The notes under the pieces were generated by a model. The model worked only from the letters and a program-made list of their open reading frames with translations. It was not told the origin of the DNA and made no database searches. From Eledone cirrhosa (taxonomy: Eukaryota), in the NCBI GenBank assembly GCA_964016885.1, contig OZ024746.1, forward strand, positions 34,100,001 through 34,164,000: a stretch of DNA of 64,000 bases, read 5' to 3'. Shown here piece by piece: positions 14,584 through 30,349 of the stretch. Each line of letters starts with the position of its first letter. Positions within the stretch are counted from its first letter, which is position 1. Position numbers and translations under genes: made by a program.

Positions 14584-15503
14584 AATTAAAAATTAGAAAT
14601 TAAAAATTAATAATTAAAATTAAAAAATATTCAAGTGAGAATCTAGATTGAGGTGAGTATAAAAATATCGATTGAAGTGAGTAAATAATATATGCACCTA
14701 TACTATCTACTACGTAGAGAGATGTCTAAGTAAGAAGTTTTAAGGGGTTACAGTTATATTATCTACATACTGAACGATAGTACCGTACAGTAGAACGGAG
14801 GGTAAATTACAGTATGTAAGGTAGTAGTTAGTCGGGTACTTAGTTAGAATTTCCTTCACATGGAACCGCCCCCCCCCCCCAAAAAAAAAAAAAGATATAA
14901 AGTACACAAAAGAAAAAAACTAATAAATGCAAAAAAAAATACAGTACATATCAAAATGAGATAGATGATTGATATGACTGTCAATTTGTCCATATATTGA
15001 TTGAATTGAGGGGGCTTTAATATTTGATTTCTGATTTTCGATTTTTAAATTTTTAATTTTTAGTTCAAATTTCCAACTCTCATTCATAACTTCCGCTGTG
15101 AAACCATGATACCTAGAATTAAGTATATCTTCTCTTAGAGATTGATGGTCAATTATACTGTCCATGCTTAATGAGGGGTAGTATTGAGACCTATATATAC
15201 TCACACTCTCCCATCCCCACTGGCTTTCGACTGATGGCCACAGACGGGATAGGTAGCAGTAAGCTATATAACAGGCCTGAATGTGTCATTGTTTGGTTGA
15301 GAGGGGAACTGACTAAGCGAATTTCGTTGAAATCTGCGGTAGCTAATGGTCAACTTCCTTTGGTCCTGCGCCTACGCAGACTGGTGGGGGTGAATTGGTA
15401 CTCACAGGGGAACGAATGAAGAACCCATGAGCACACACTTCGTCTGTTCCCTTGTCAATTCAATTTGGATTGCCTCGGAAACATAACCTTATTATGTAAC
15501 AAT

Positions 15504-15575
15504 CTGTCTGACGAAGTCGCGGCACTGGCGCACGGAAAAGTGTGGCCACTGTCGCCATTGAAATATATATCACAG
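15504..15575 (+). ncRNA. Minimal type-I hammerhead ribozyme (paralog of 14046-14120)
   Basis: CTGT-CTGACGA-...-GAAA-TATATA-TC-ACAG. Confidence 0.72.
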
Positions 15576-15592
15576 CATTATTATTAAAAGAC

Positions 15593-15781
15593 AATGGCGG
15601 TAGATTAGCAGTATCCGTAGAGGGTCGGACGCCATGCTTTCCAGCATAGTTACGTCCCTTTACGATCTGAGTTCAAATCCCGCCGAGGTTGACTTTGCCT
15701 TTCATCCTTACAGGTCGATAAAATAATGTACCAGTAATGCACTGGATAATTGCTGGCATTGTGCCTAAAGTAGAAACAATC
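15593..15781 (+). mobile_element. Full-length tRNA-derived SINE with 13-bp TSD
   Basis: TSD attattaaaagac at 15580-15592 and 15782-15794; absent from the left arm of the inverted pair. Confidence 0.93.
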
Positions 15782-15827
15782 ATTATTAAAAGACTTGAAC
15801 ATCTGAAACTACTTCGCTTTTCCTCAT

Positions 15828-15863
<36 letters not shown>

Positions 15864-15897
15864 TATATGTATGTATATATATGTACACACACACACA

Positions 15898-15961
<64 letters not shown>

Positions 15962-16382
15962 TATACACACACACTCACTAGTAGAAGTAGTTGTTGTTTT
16001 AGTCGTAATATTATCAGTAGTTGAGTTGTGCGATTGAGATTATCATTCGAATCAATACTCTCATATATTGTCATTATTATTATTGTGTAAATTTTTGTAT
16101 CATCATCAACTGATTTTACTCTTTATTTATTACATTTCCGAATTTCCAGCAATGCATGTACAGGTTATAAAATCGATACAACCGATCGATAAATAAGTTC
16201 TGAGATGACCGCAACATTTAGAAATTCTTGTACCGTAATTATATAATTATGTTAATAGAGATGCTAACGAGATCACTACCAGAAATGGTTTCCGAAACAG
16301 ATACATAAAATGTAAGAACAGCAATGACAAAAAACAAAACAAAAAAGAAAACGAACAAAGAAAATTGTGAAACAAAATTGAT

Positions 16383-16452
16383 ACTACTAGTACTATTATT
16401 ACTACTACTACTGCTACTGCTACTACTACTAATACTACTATTACTGCTTCTG

Positions 16453-16514
<62 letters not shown>

Positions 16515-16612
16515 GTTGTTCTTGATGCTACTTCTTCTTATGATGATGATGACGATGGTGAAGGTGGTGATTATTATTATGATACTACTGTCGTTGCTGT
16601 TACTACAACTAT
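16383..16612. repeat. (TAC)n trinucleotide and low-complexity tract
   Basis: Direct reading; poly-L/poly-S ORFs. Confidence 0.93.
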
Positions 16613-16679
16613 GAGGTGAGGATACACACTCACACGCACACACACACACACACATATGTATATATATATATATATACAT

Positions 16680-16790
16680 ATATAAAACATGTGAAGAAAG
16701 AAAACTGCGTGGTTGCACATGGGTTACATATGATACAAATAGCCCTTCGTCAGTGATTTTCCAACCTTCATTGGTATTTCATCGCTTTAA
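16680..16790 (-). repeat. Unclassified dispersed repeat; second copy at 25963-26060 (+)
   Basis: aatcactgacgaagg.ctatttgtatcatatg...caaccacgcagt shared in opposite orientation; both abut (TA)n. Confidence 0.75.
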
Positions 16791-16799
16791 AATTCATAT

Positions 16800-17160
16800 A
16801 CCTCCGGTTCGTGCGAGCAATAGCTAAATAAAGTTATTGCGACAAGTAAATCGCGTAAAGCAGGCGAGACAAGTAAACAAACATAGAAGGATTGATAGCA
16901 ACGCAAAGATAGGAAATCACAAGCAACATGGTTATCCGGTCAGCTTAAGCCGGGTGGATTTCATGAGCGAGCGTTATATATATATAGACCCTCCGACGTG
17001 AGTGAGATGTGAGCAAGAAGAGAACCCACACAAGCCAAACGGGAGGAAGTGAGAAGGGGAGAAAAAGAGAGTGAGTGAGTGGAAGTGGCCAGTCGAGAGA
17101 AAGTGTAACTGACAGAGGGGGCGAAAGAAGGTGAGAGAAACAGAGAGAGCGGGGAAGCAT
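16800..17160 (-). promoter_or_regulatory. Possible promoter-like island
   Basis: CpG-containing unique sequence; GGAAGT (ETS-like) at ~17045 and ~17081, GACGTGA, short TATA run at 16975-16987, GTAAACAAACA (forkhead-like) at ~16873; motif-only evidence. Confidence 0.25.
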
Positions 17161-17333
17161 AACACCTTGAAACTAATATATGTGTCATTTCAATGCAACA
17201 TCAATAGTCAATACTTTACGAGATGTAAAATATACATTCGCATTCCTCTATATGCACATCTATGTACACACACACATACATCCACACACACGCGCACGTA
17301 CGCACACACATACACATAGACACACAAACATAA

Positions 17334-17364
<31 letters not shown>

Positions 17365-17401
17365 CATACATATATGTATATACCTATATCTATCTATATC
17401 A

Positions 17402-17455
<54 letters not shown>

Positions 17456-17639
17456 ATATGTATATACATATATATATATATATAGATAGATAGATATATA
17501 GATAAGGAGATAAGATAAAAATAGAAAATGCAACTGGAGTCTTATTTAAAAAAAAATATATATTTATTTGGCTCCTCTACCGGGTTCGTAGTTCTTCTGC
17601 TTTTCAAAAGTAGAGTTGACATGGAGTGTCTGTAGTTTT

Positions 17640-17695
<56 letters not shown>

Positions 17696-17710
17696 GTTTG
17701 TATGTGTGTA

Positions 17711-17780
17711 AGGATCTGCTCCGAAATCAATAGACGTGTCTGAGGAACCTGCGAATCCAGCGTCAGGTCGATCCACACAC
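17711..17780 (+). mobile_element. 5' half of the long-stem-II hammerhead family (truncated)
   Basis: gctccgaaatcaatagacgtgtCTGAGGAacctgcgaatccagcgtcaggtcgatcc matches 50146-50203. Confidence 0.8.
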
Positions 17781-18129
17781 AGAAGAAAGTGTTGGAGATC
17801 AACCAGGGAGGTGTTTCTCCAACAGGAATGATAAAGCACTGCATTGGTTTGGAGTGGATATCCTGAAAAAGCATATCCAATGAAATATATAAGCGTGACA
17901 ATGAGAGAATGATTAAATAACTACAAACTTAAACGTTGGAAGTAATAACTACGCTCACAAATTTTGTAGAGATTATAATAATTATCAAGTTTAATTCAAT
18001 CCCAACAATGATGATCATCCATCTCACCATCCTCCATAATTAATATAATTCTTTACATCTTCATCGACATTGACACTTACACCGCAAACTCTACCAGCGC
18101 CAATCCCATCTCCATCCCCATTACCAACA

Positions 18130-18460
18130 GCATCATTCTCATCAATATGATTGCCATCATAATATTCATGATTATCATCTATATAATCACCATTAGAACC
18201 ATCATAATCGTCATCATCATCATCGTAGTCAACGTCATCCTCCTTCTCCTTCTCCTTATCATCATCATCATCATCATCATCATCGTCATCATCATATTCA
18301 TTATCAGCAGCATAATTATACCCATTATTATCTCCGTCATTTCCTTCATTACCATCACCTTCATCATTATCTCCTTCTCTCTCACGTTGGCCATCCTCAC
18401 TTACCTATCCATATATTCACCATGATCATCATCATAATCATCTGTTCTAATCGTAATCAT
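18130..18460. repeat. Degenerate (ATC)n low-complexity tract
   Basis: Direct reading. Confidence 0.9.
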
Positions 18461-18715
18461 TCTTCTAAAACTAAAAAGAAAAGTTTGAACCAAATGGAAT
18501 GATCAGCTGTAACATGAATACAAATTAAGTAAAAAATAACAACAACATCAACAATAACCCTATAAATATCGTCTTGCTAAAGAATGCAACAAAGATTATA
18601 AAAATATATTACTTTTTCCTGTAAATTCTCTCAGAACAGCAGGTGCGCATATAAGCGCAATAAAAATCATTATTGGAAGGTGAAACGGAAATATCCACTA
18701 TAAAACTTACAAAAG

Positions 18716-18815
18716 TAATAATTGTTTCTACTGTTGGCACAAAGCCAGCAATTAACCATTACTGGTACTTTATTTTATCGACCCCGTAAGGATGAAAGGC
18801 AAAGTTAACCTCGAC
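18716..18815 (-). mobile_element. 5'-truncated tRNA-derived SINE
   Basis: Tail and core match the other copies. Confidence 0.85.
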
Positions 18816-19132
18816 GAATGATATCTAAGCTATGTAAAAGGCTACGTATTTTGAGGAAGGTTAATTAAATTAGATCGAACACAAGTGTATGTATCAAATG
18901 AATTATCTAAATAGAACCTTTTCTTCTTTGTATTTCTACTCAGTCGCTGTATCACATCTCTGAAAACATTAATGCGACTATATTTATATGATGCTAGCAT
19001 ACAGAGAGGGCACTAGGTAAAACCATTTCTTTGATATCATCTTCTTGAGAAATGGCGATATGATATTAGATAATATATTTGATAATGATAATAATAGTAT
19101 ATTTGATTTAATAATAATATATTTGATAATGA

Positions 19133-19323
19133 TAATAATTGTTTCTACATTTGGCACAAGGCCAGCAATTACCCAGTGTAATACTGGTACTTTATTTTAT
19201 CGACCCCGTAAGGATGAAAGGCAAAGTTAACTTTGGCCGGATTTGAACTCAGAATGGCAAGTGTCGTAACTCTATGCGTCAAAGCATGGCGTCCGACCCT
19301 CTACCGATACAGCCAATCCACCG
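19133..19323 (-). mobile_element. tRNA-derived SINE, near full length
   Basis: Matches 1898-2087; inserted in an (AAT)/(GAT)-rich tract. Confidence 0.9.
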
Positions 19324-21337
19324 ATATGCTAATAATGATAATGATAATAATAATGATAACGGGCCACATGTCCACATACTCTTCCTGTATTAAGTTAACA
19401 TAACAACATAGCTGTATAGATATATTAAGCAGAGTTGTAATATGTATTCAATATATGAAAAGAGGAATAAAATCTATAAAAAACTAATAATTACGCAGGA
19501 TGTTTCAAATATTAAAAATATTAAACTAAAACCCATTTTTGCGCAGATAACTCTACAAGTAACGAATATGTATAAAGAACATTCATTGTTAACAGTTTTA
19601 TGTTGTTACGAGTAACATATTAATTAAAAATCTATTAAATATTATTTTCATATTGAAAAGTTATTGAAGTCGATTGATTAGAAATTTCATTGTAATGGCA
19701 ACCATGTCACAAATGATATTTACCGCACCTTCTAAATCAATTTAAAAGACACCTTTATTAATTAATCGACTTACAGTAATATATTCTTGATTAAAATCTA
19801 AAACAGATCCAAATATGTAAATTTGATTGCAATTCCTTATCCGTGTGTATGGGAAAGGGATAATTTTGCAGCATGGACTACCTGTAATATATTAAACTTA
19901 ATCCCAGAAAAGACGCATTGATGCTACATTCTCAAGGTAGAAAGGTTGTCATAGAACAGGCTGTGTCATCATTTGTATATTTTGGAAATCAGAGTATATC
20001 TGAACACTTTATAATGCAAATAGTTGGTTTGCATTATCTAACTTGATTTTTCTCATTTCAAATAATATTTTATGTAAATAATAAAGAAAGTTATAGTGGC
20101 TTTTCATATTAGCTTGTGATATGTTATTCGTAAAAACGTTAAAAATATCCGATGAAATCTGCCAATCGAGTATATATGAGCATATAATATATCAAATAAA
20201 TACCGTACACATCGATGTATGTTTGGATGCACAGATGCCTGTAAAATTGTGCATAAGAAAGGTTGCATTACAACAGACAAATAAACCGATAGCAAATGAA
20301 ATTGTAGAATCTAGACCATAATATTCCAATTTCGAAGCCAAAATAAAAAACTCATAAAGCATCACAAGACAAATGCGTTTCTCTAGTATGTAATAGTTTA
20401 AAGCATTATAAAACAAATCTGAGGTAATTTGTTTATACAAAATTGTACTCAATAAAAAAAGATCTAAATATAAATCTTCATACTGACAGAGTTGCTACAT
20501 TGACAAATTGATTTTTGTATGAAGAAATTCACAATTAGAAAATTAATACAAATTATAATCAAATGTAGTGAAAAGAAATAGTACATAAACTAACAAAATA
20601 TTTTTAACATGGAAATTATTTCATTACATTAAAACACATAGTATATTTAAACTCTGGGTCACATTGTATTACTAGCCAAATCATAATCAGAATATAAAAT
20701 AAAAACATGAAACAATTAGTAAAAGAAAATGCAAGAAACACTTTAATATATAAGATTCTATATCTTGTTTTATAATTCTGAGAATGCAAATGATAACAAC
20801 TTATAAATCAATCGACATATTATGGTACAATGAAATTATCTACTAAGAATATAAAAAGAGTGTGAAAATATTACAATATATGCAAACAAAATCCAGTTGA
20901 TATGTTCACTCGTTTGGTTATCTTTATTAATCAGAGGGTTGAAACATTCCTGCTTTGATCTGGCATTCTCACAATTTGTCTAGCACATAAACGATACTTT
21001 TGTCTCGGGAAGTACTATAACGGGGCTAACACTCGAGTTCAACATAATCTCACACGTAACACGTTCATATCAATTCATTATTCATTTGATATATTGCATT
21101 CAAAATGACAACATAATTGTTCACTTTTCCTCAGCTTTAAGAGTGAGACTTAATCAGGGTAAATTAAATTCGTAATTAGTCAGAGCTATCGAAAGGATCT
21201 GATTGGAGTATGGAAAATGTAATTGAATAACTGTCACAGATGCAGATCACTATAATTTTCTGAACATTTCGATGATCATGAAATATAACCATGCTCTAAT
21301 TATGTCGAAGTTTTCTTTTTATATTAGAGCTCAGAAA

Positions 21338-21455
21338 ACTGGGGCAACGTGAAATGATATGTCTTGCTCAAGAACACATAAAGCTCTGTCCGGGAATCGA
21401 ACTCACAACTTCACTTATGATAGCTTAATGCTCTAACAAATATGGCACGTGCCTT
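21338..21455 (-). mobile_element. Second SINE family, tRNA head plus CORE-like domain
   Basis: gtcttgctcaagaacac (CORE-like) and gggaatcgaactc (B-box complement GAGTTCGATTCCC). Confidence 0.7.
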
Positions 21456-21510
21456 CACACAAACACCCACACACACACACACGCAGACACACACATACAC
21501 CCCCCCCCCA

Positions 21511-21598
<88 letters not shown>

Positions 21599-21785
21599 TT
21601 GTCCCACGCTGTTCATGAGGGTCACGTTCCTAGAGTAGCCACGAAGAGTGACACACCACGAATATTTGACGTGGTCCATAAAAATGCCTATAAACGTCAA
21701 AATATAATATAAAGAGAGATCGCCTTATGCAAATGGGAATCCAATATGCCGGCTAATAGACTATATTGTTATTAATAAGTAAGCG

Positions 21786-21831
<46 letters not shown>

Positions 21832-21934
21832 TATATAATATATATATTGCACGAAAAAAAATATTAAAAGATTGCGGAAGATATTTACGATTCCGTGAAT
21901 ATGCGGTGGTTTCCCCGAAAGATTATTAGTTAGG

Positions 21935-22003
21935 CTCTCAAGACGATTTCACGAATAACCGGGACCGCGAATGTCGGAACAGCGAATGCCGGTGGGTACA
22001 CTG
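21935..22003. mobile_element. Possible pogo/Tigger-like DNA transposon end
   Basis: Ends ...gcgaatgccggtgggtacactg followed by TA (TIR-like CAGTGTACCC on minus); partner TIR not found. Confidence 0.35.
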
Positions 22004-23028
22004 TATTTTTATATATAAACTGAACAAAACTGAAGAAAACAAGAGTGGAGAAGGGAACGAACGAAAACAAGGCAAAACAGAAAAGGATTTTTTCGAGGGT
22101 AAATTCATGAAATAATTTTTTGAAATGAAAACACTTAAGACTCAGAAGTCCAGGTCCAGCGGCCTTTGATAAGGATTTTGGCATTTCCAGCCCTCCCAAC
22201 ATAAGTACTTGTCCAACCGGGTTCACTGTCCAGTGGAGTATGCGACGAGAGACCTAACTTTAATTAATTTATAGCAATTAAGCTCTAACAAGTACACATA
22301 ATATTATGTGACGCCAGAAAGACAGTGTGATGCTCTTTATTGCATGATAGACTCATGAAAGAAACAAAAGAAAAAATGGAAGAAAAAGTAAGGAAGAATT
22401 ATATACACACACATATATATATATATGTATATATATGTATGAATATATGTACTTACCCAAGCATAAACACGCCCATACAAACTTTCTGTTCTGCCTACGA
22501 TCAGATATCTCTCTCATATATATATATAATTTTGTCAGCATGTGTCTACGAGTATAATACTTTAAATTGTCTTGTATAGAACAATGACGAAAAATCCATC
22601 ACCTTTCGGTTTCGGTCAATTTTATTTTATGTATCGCGAGCAACTTCCATTGTCTGTAGAACATATTATTTCTGTTTTTATTATTTTCTCATTTTCTTAA
22701 ACATATAAATCTGCCATAGATTCTTTGTAAGTACAGCGATATTGTTTAATGTGTGTATATAATAGCATTGATTCATAGAAATTCAATAAATATAAATTTA
22801 TTTTTACCTATTCTTTTCCTGCTCACTGGACGTTAATGGCATATAAATGGTGTTGTCAGGCATCATAGAGTTTAGAATAATTTCTTTTATACATCTACAA
22901 ATTAATTCACACAATTTTATTTTCACCTCTCCACAGAGATTTATAATAGAGAAATGTATACAACGCGTACACATACCTATATACTTTCATACGTATATAA
23001 CCATCGACACACACACACCCAGGTGCGC

Positions 23029-23085
<57 letters not shown>

Positions 23086-23086
<1 letters not shown>

Positions 23087-23970
23087 GAGGTGTGTCAGAA
23101 AAGATCCCGTACTGATGTCACAAAAGATTTATTTCAAACCCTAACTTCACACTAAGAGTTCACTCCTTCAAAGTAATCCCTCTGGCGTCTAATGCACTTT
23201 TCCATCCTTTTCTGCCACGCTTGCATGCACTCGTGGAAGGATTCTTCCGGGATCCTCCGCAGTTTCGTCGTCACGGCCTTTCAAAACTGGTCCCCTCCGG
23301 GTCGTACTCGAAGATCCATGACTCATCACCGGTGATGACTGTCCCCAGAAAGTCTGGTTCGGTTTCAAGACGGTTGAGGATGTCCTGGCACACTTGTATG
23401 CGTCGACCCTTCTGGTCAGCATTCAGTAGTTTTGACACTATCTTCGCGCAGACTTTCCGCATGTCCAAATCTTCAGTGAGAATCCTCCAGACGCTGTCCC
23501 GATTCATGCCCAGCTCATTTACCATCAGTCGAACACTCATCCTACGATCGCTACGCACCATCTGCGTGACGCGCTCAACATTGACCTCAGTCCTGGTTGT
23601 TGAGGGCCTTCCGCTCCTGGGGTCATCTTCCACGTCCTCGCGTCCTTTTTAAACCTTTTGCACCACAGAGAACATGTGTGCCAGACCTCGTCTCATCTCC
23701 ATACACTTGCTGCAGCAATCCCAGTGCTTCTGACGGAGTTTTCCCCAACCGTACCAAGTTTGATGTTGCTCTGTGCTCATTGTTTGACGACCTGAAACAG
23801 AGGACATGTATATGAAATTATGAAGAAAAAAGTTTGATCGCTGCAGAGTGCTAAGTTTACAGTAACGTACTCCAGGGGGATTATTTGAAGGAGAACACTC
23901 TTAGTGTGAAGTTTGGGTTTGAAATAAATCTTTTGAGACATCAGTCCTGTAACTTTTCTGACACACCTCG
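23086..23970 (-). mobile_element. Internally deleted mariner (Tc1/mariner) with ~100-bp TIRs and TA TSD
   Basis: TA|cgaggtgtgtcagaaaag...cttttctgacacacctcg|TA; transposase remnant EDDPRSGRP...VCAKIVSKLL...ITGDESWIFEYDPE then a deletion to the C-terminus KCIRRQRDYFEG. Confidence 0.93.
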
Positions 23971-25874
23971 TATATATATATACAATATCTCTAGACCGAG
24001 TATCAGGAACAATAAGGATTTTTTTTTTTTTAATTCCACGCTAAGGTGGATGATTTGTACTCTTGATGATATATGACTTTGTCTCCTCCATTCTACTATG
24101 TGGTGATTTGGATGATGTGTCTTGGGTGCATAATTGATAACACTTTTCTATGGGAATTTTTAATTTGATGATTGTATTTATTTACTCAATATTACATTAG
24201 CTCCTTTGGACCTTTTTAAAAATAATAATGTTAATGACTGGATTATTTAATCGAATTTATAGACTTGCACATGTCTGTAATACCTGGATATGCTACACGT
24301 GCATCTAATCCTTTTTAAATGTATTTTAAAATATATATTTAAAATTATATATAAAATATATATTTTAAAATTTTTGGAGATGTATCTTTAAATCATATTT
24401 TAAAGAAAATTTAAAATTTATATTTGAATTGTAAGCCTTCTTTTATTAACTTTATTAATTTTCTTAACAACATATGATATATGTTTTTTCACTGGAATCG
24501 ATTTATCTGTAACATCATGTTTTGTTTTTAATTTTTTTAATTTGTTATTGCTTCTATCCCCTGCTAAATATTATTGCATTTATCTGCTCCTATTCTTCAT
24601 AACATTTTTCCGTCGCTGATATCTTATATACATGTTGATACGTATGCTTATCTAACCTCCCATATTATGTAGCTTCCTAATGTTTTTGTGACAAAGTTTT
24701 GATATTATATTTGTGTTTGACTTTTGTTATCTACCAGTCTTGTTCTAGGATGAAACGGTCGTAAGTGATTAAAAGTTGTAAACAATGTTTGATTATCATT
24801 TACAATGTAATTCGCCTCTGTAGTATACTTATTATCTTACATCGTGCGATTTTCATATTTGTAACAGGGTAATATTTATTATTACCCACGTTAAATATGT
24901 ATTTATACATAGCTATACTTATATATATATATATTTATATATATATATATGTTATTTCCGATGATTTCTTCGTCATAATGAAACTGTAAACTAAGGAAAA
25001 TGTGCATAAATTTATATTTTTACTTGCAATGATGTGTTCATATAAACGATATATATAATTTAGATAAATGAAGCTGCGGAAATATAGTTTTTAGCCGGTA
25101 TTGAGCAGTCTAATTTTCTTAACACATTAATATATATTTACAATCCATATTCAAACATACATGCTCATATTTACAGGGACACACTTATATACATAAATGC
25201 AGTGTCATATCACACTCATTTTAAATCTATTTAGGGAAGCGTAAATCGCCGTCTTCTTTATAGTCGGCTACTAGAGTGGGAATATCGGTAGCTATAATGT
25301 GTTATATATAGCATTATCAATTATGTAGATAGAGATGTACTAGCATATAAGCAAATCGTTTACATTGCTGCAGATATCTTGTGTTGGCATTTAGTGTAGA
25401 ATTTTGAAAAAAAAAAAAGTAAAAGGCATATATACTCTGAAATCATGAAATATTCTACTATTTCAGTTGAGGTATTCTCTATATGTATGTAGTCCTTCAT
25501 TACATAGATCCTTCTAACGTAAGTTAATTGTACATTAAATGTAATTTGCATGTGCTGTATGTCTTTATGTCTTGAATGAAATTTCCCCATTATCCTAGAT
25601 CACCCTTTATATTACATACATTATCTTCCTCAATCTATCAAATTTCAATTTAGACATAGAGCAATTTAAGCCACAATTATTGCATAAAACGTAAGCCAAT
25701 TCCCAACATTCGTTAGATGTTAGTTACAAGTCGGCATTGTCACACATCTCTCTTAACTAGTATTGTTTTAATTAGTACAAATGAACCTTCTAAGACTTCA
25801 ATTGCATTTTCAACTTCTTTTTCCTATACCTTTCCCTTGTGGGGCATTATGAATATTTACTTTCAAATGTGTGA

Positions 25875-25925
<51 letters not shown>

Positions 25926-26057
25926 TATATATATCAATATATATATATATATATATGTATAATGCGACGAAATATCAATGATGGTTGGCAAATCACTGAC
26001 GAAGGACTATTTGTATCATATGCAACCACGCAGTATTCTTTTTTCTTCTCATGTTTT

Positions 26058-26117
<60 letters not shown>

Positions 26118-26474
26118 AAAAATTAAATAAGGTAGATATAACCCGAGTGAAGTGGCGTTGAGTATTGACAGTTTTGAGCACTCTGAGATATGTCAACTGT
26201 AATATATCATGAAATGTACACAGTCGTTGTTTTAAATGCTGAGGGTATTTATATCCATCATGTTACGTCCTGAATATGAATATCGTTTTAAGTCTGACGT
26301 TCATTGTTAAAGTATATGTACACTCTGCTGTAAAATAGAAAATTATAATTGCAAAAATGCGTAGGCTGCTTCGTATGTTATCACTGATTATTGCCGTTAC
26401 TTTTGTTATTGTTGCAGCTTACTTTTTATAATTAATCACACTTCTTCGTGTTCAAACGATATCAAATACTTGAA

Positions 26475-26476
<2 letters not shown>

Positions 26477-26542
<66 letters not shown>

Positions 26543-26590
26543 ATTTATGAAGAAGAAGAAGAATAAGAAGAGGAAGAAGAAGAGGGAGGT
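26477..26590. repeat. (TAG)n then (GAA)n microsatellites
   Basis: Direct reading. Confidence 0.93.
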
Positions 26591-26690
26591 GTAGTTGAAA
26601 GGTAGTTTCGCAATGAGTTGGGAAAACTAACCGCTATCTTACTAATTGCAAATACATACGATGAAATAAACACCTTACGCATACATACAA

Positions 26691-26723
<33 letters not shown>

Positions 26724-26743
26724 TACATACATACATATATATA

Positions 26744-26846
<103 letters not shown>

Positions 26847-26873
26847 ACATGTATATATATGTATGTATATAAA

Positions 26874-26937
<64 letters not shown>

Positions 26938-27319
26938 CATGCATCGATACAGAATATCAAATCCATACCTAACATCACCCTGTGACTACAACAAAAAGTA
27001 GAATGCACAAACAAGAAAATAAATGAATGGAACTTCATAAAAGCGCTTATAATACGCTATCGGCTAAAACATGAATCTAGTAACGCAAATGAAAGAGAAA
27101 GTAGAGTGATCATATTGAAAGTTCATTAACAGGATGTGATGCTAATGAGAAATAGCCATTGGCTACGAGCAAGAAAATGTAAAGCAACTGATATAGTGTA
27201 GATATTTATATTTCTGTCTAATTATCTATCCATCCATCTATATCGTCACGCATACATTTACCGCGCAGATACAGGTAATATATATGGATATATGAATACA
27301 TACTTGTATGAATAAATAC

Positions 27320-27796
<477 letters not shown>

Positions 27797-28147
27797 TGGG
27801 GTTGGGCCCCTGTGTGTCAGTGAGCTTGTGTATATGTGAAGTGTAGAGGTGCGCGCATACATAACAATCTATATATTTATATATAAAAGGTAATAGTCTT
27901 TATTTACGTATAAATGTAACATATGTGTTGTCATATTTCGCGCCAGTCATTGATTACTACCGCTTTCATATTCTAGTACTGGACAGATATATAATAACGA
28001 TTTTGCACAATCTGTGTACGTACATATATATTCATGCAAACGACCACTTTATTCTATACTATTCACTTTTACACACCCTGTCTCTGAATTTTACAAATAT
28101 ATACACACATTTATATATAAACAGAGAGATGCAAGCATACATACTAC

Positions 28148-28208
<61 letters not shown>

Positions 28209-28329
28209 CTATTCGTGTGCCGAAAAATAATTTTATGCACAAATAATAAAAAAATAAAATAAACCACTTCATCACTAATACGTACACAATGTTACATACA
28301 CTGAGACGCCCACATACATACACCTTCAT

Positions 28330-29222
<893 letters not shown>

Positions 29223-30349
29223 GGGTGTCAATCTGTAGGTGTGTGCGGTTCTGCTTATTGCTATAACTGTATGTGAATGAATATATGTAAGTATTTATAC
29301 AAATACATACACACATTTGGCAAGTGAATCAACACTTAGCTCTAAAATGAAATATCGAAAATCTTCAAAACGCTATATCAAAAGAAGGAAGTGGCGTTTA
29401 TTTGCATACTTGAACATTAGAATGGAATGCTTCATCAGTATAATCTCCTCATGAAGTAATTCTTTTAGAAGTGCAGCATTGGCTTCTTTTTGTTCAAGAA
29501 TTTCTGGAATATCATAATCAAGTTAACTGAAAGCTACTCAATCATGAAGTACACTAGAAAGTCTGTCTGATCTTTCTTGCACATGACCACCTCACTACGA
29601 CATACACACACATACAGATTTTCACTCGCCTATACGAATATATACATCATCCAGAACACGTACGTACGCGCACACATAGACACATCACGCATACAACCAC
29701 ACATAATATATATATATCTTTCTCGGCCTTGTTAAACATACACATACAGAATCATATATATACGCGCGCGCGCGTGTGTGTGTGAATGTGTGGTTTTTGT
29801 GTGTGTTTGTGTGTGTGTACATGTATTCGACACAACAATGCCGTCGTTATGGCTCTATACCATATTATTTTCTTCAAATATGGAACATATTTATAGTAAA
29901 AGTCATGCTTTTTGATAAGTTCAAACGTGCCATTTGGCATGTCAGTTTCTCCGTGATGAATTTGACGTATTTGGGCAAGTTGAAATTTCCTGTTATTTAT
30001 TCATACTTTCAATGAATACTTTAGAGGATATATTCGGCTCAAGCAGTAAACATGCTTTAATCTCAACATTCAACTATGTACTGTCCTATATTCATGAGAC
30101 ATACATACGTACACACTTAGTTCAAATTCTCTGCTTGTGATGTATGGATACCTGGCATAATTCAATGCATCTGTGCATGCTAGACTCTACATGGTCTTAC
30201 ATATTCAACATAAATATACTTTCGTTCGACATTTTACAAATATTTTATCCTAATTTGTATTTCAATCTTTTTGTGTATTCACCAAGTACGTAAATATAAT
30301 TGGAAAAAATCGGATGTCGATTATTCATGTATTGATGCGTTCTGTATTT

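Larger units (their letters stand above)
15017..15823 (+). mobile_element. PLE pseudo-LTR-like repeat (right arm), interrupted by a SINE
   Basis: Inverted copy of 14001-14583; resumes after the SINE TSD and ends at (TA)n. Confidence 0.75.

Noticed and set aside
15300-15395. ctgactaagcgaatttcgttgaaa as an additional hammerhead
   Set aside because: Core is CTGACTA in both arms and no stem I partner follows
24010-24800. Possible decayed PLE remnant (also 6060-6830)
   Set aside because: Only isolated short peptide resemblances; cannot be supported without a profile search
25963-26035. Type II hammerhead in the 16.7/26.0 kb repeat
   Set aside because: GAAA and CTGACGA are present but stems I and II cannot be formed in register in either copy
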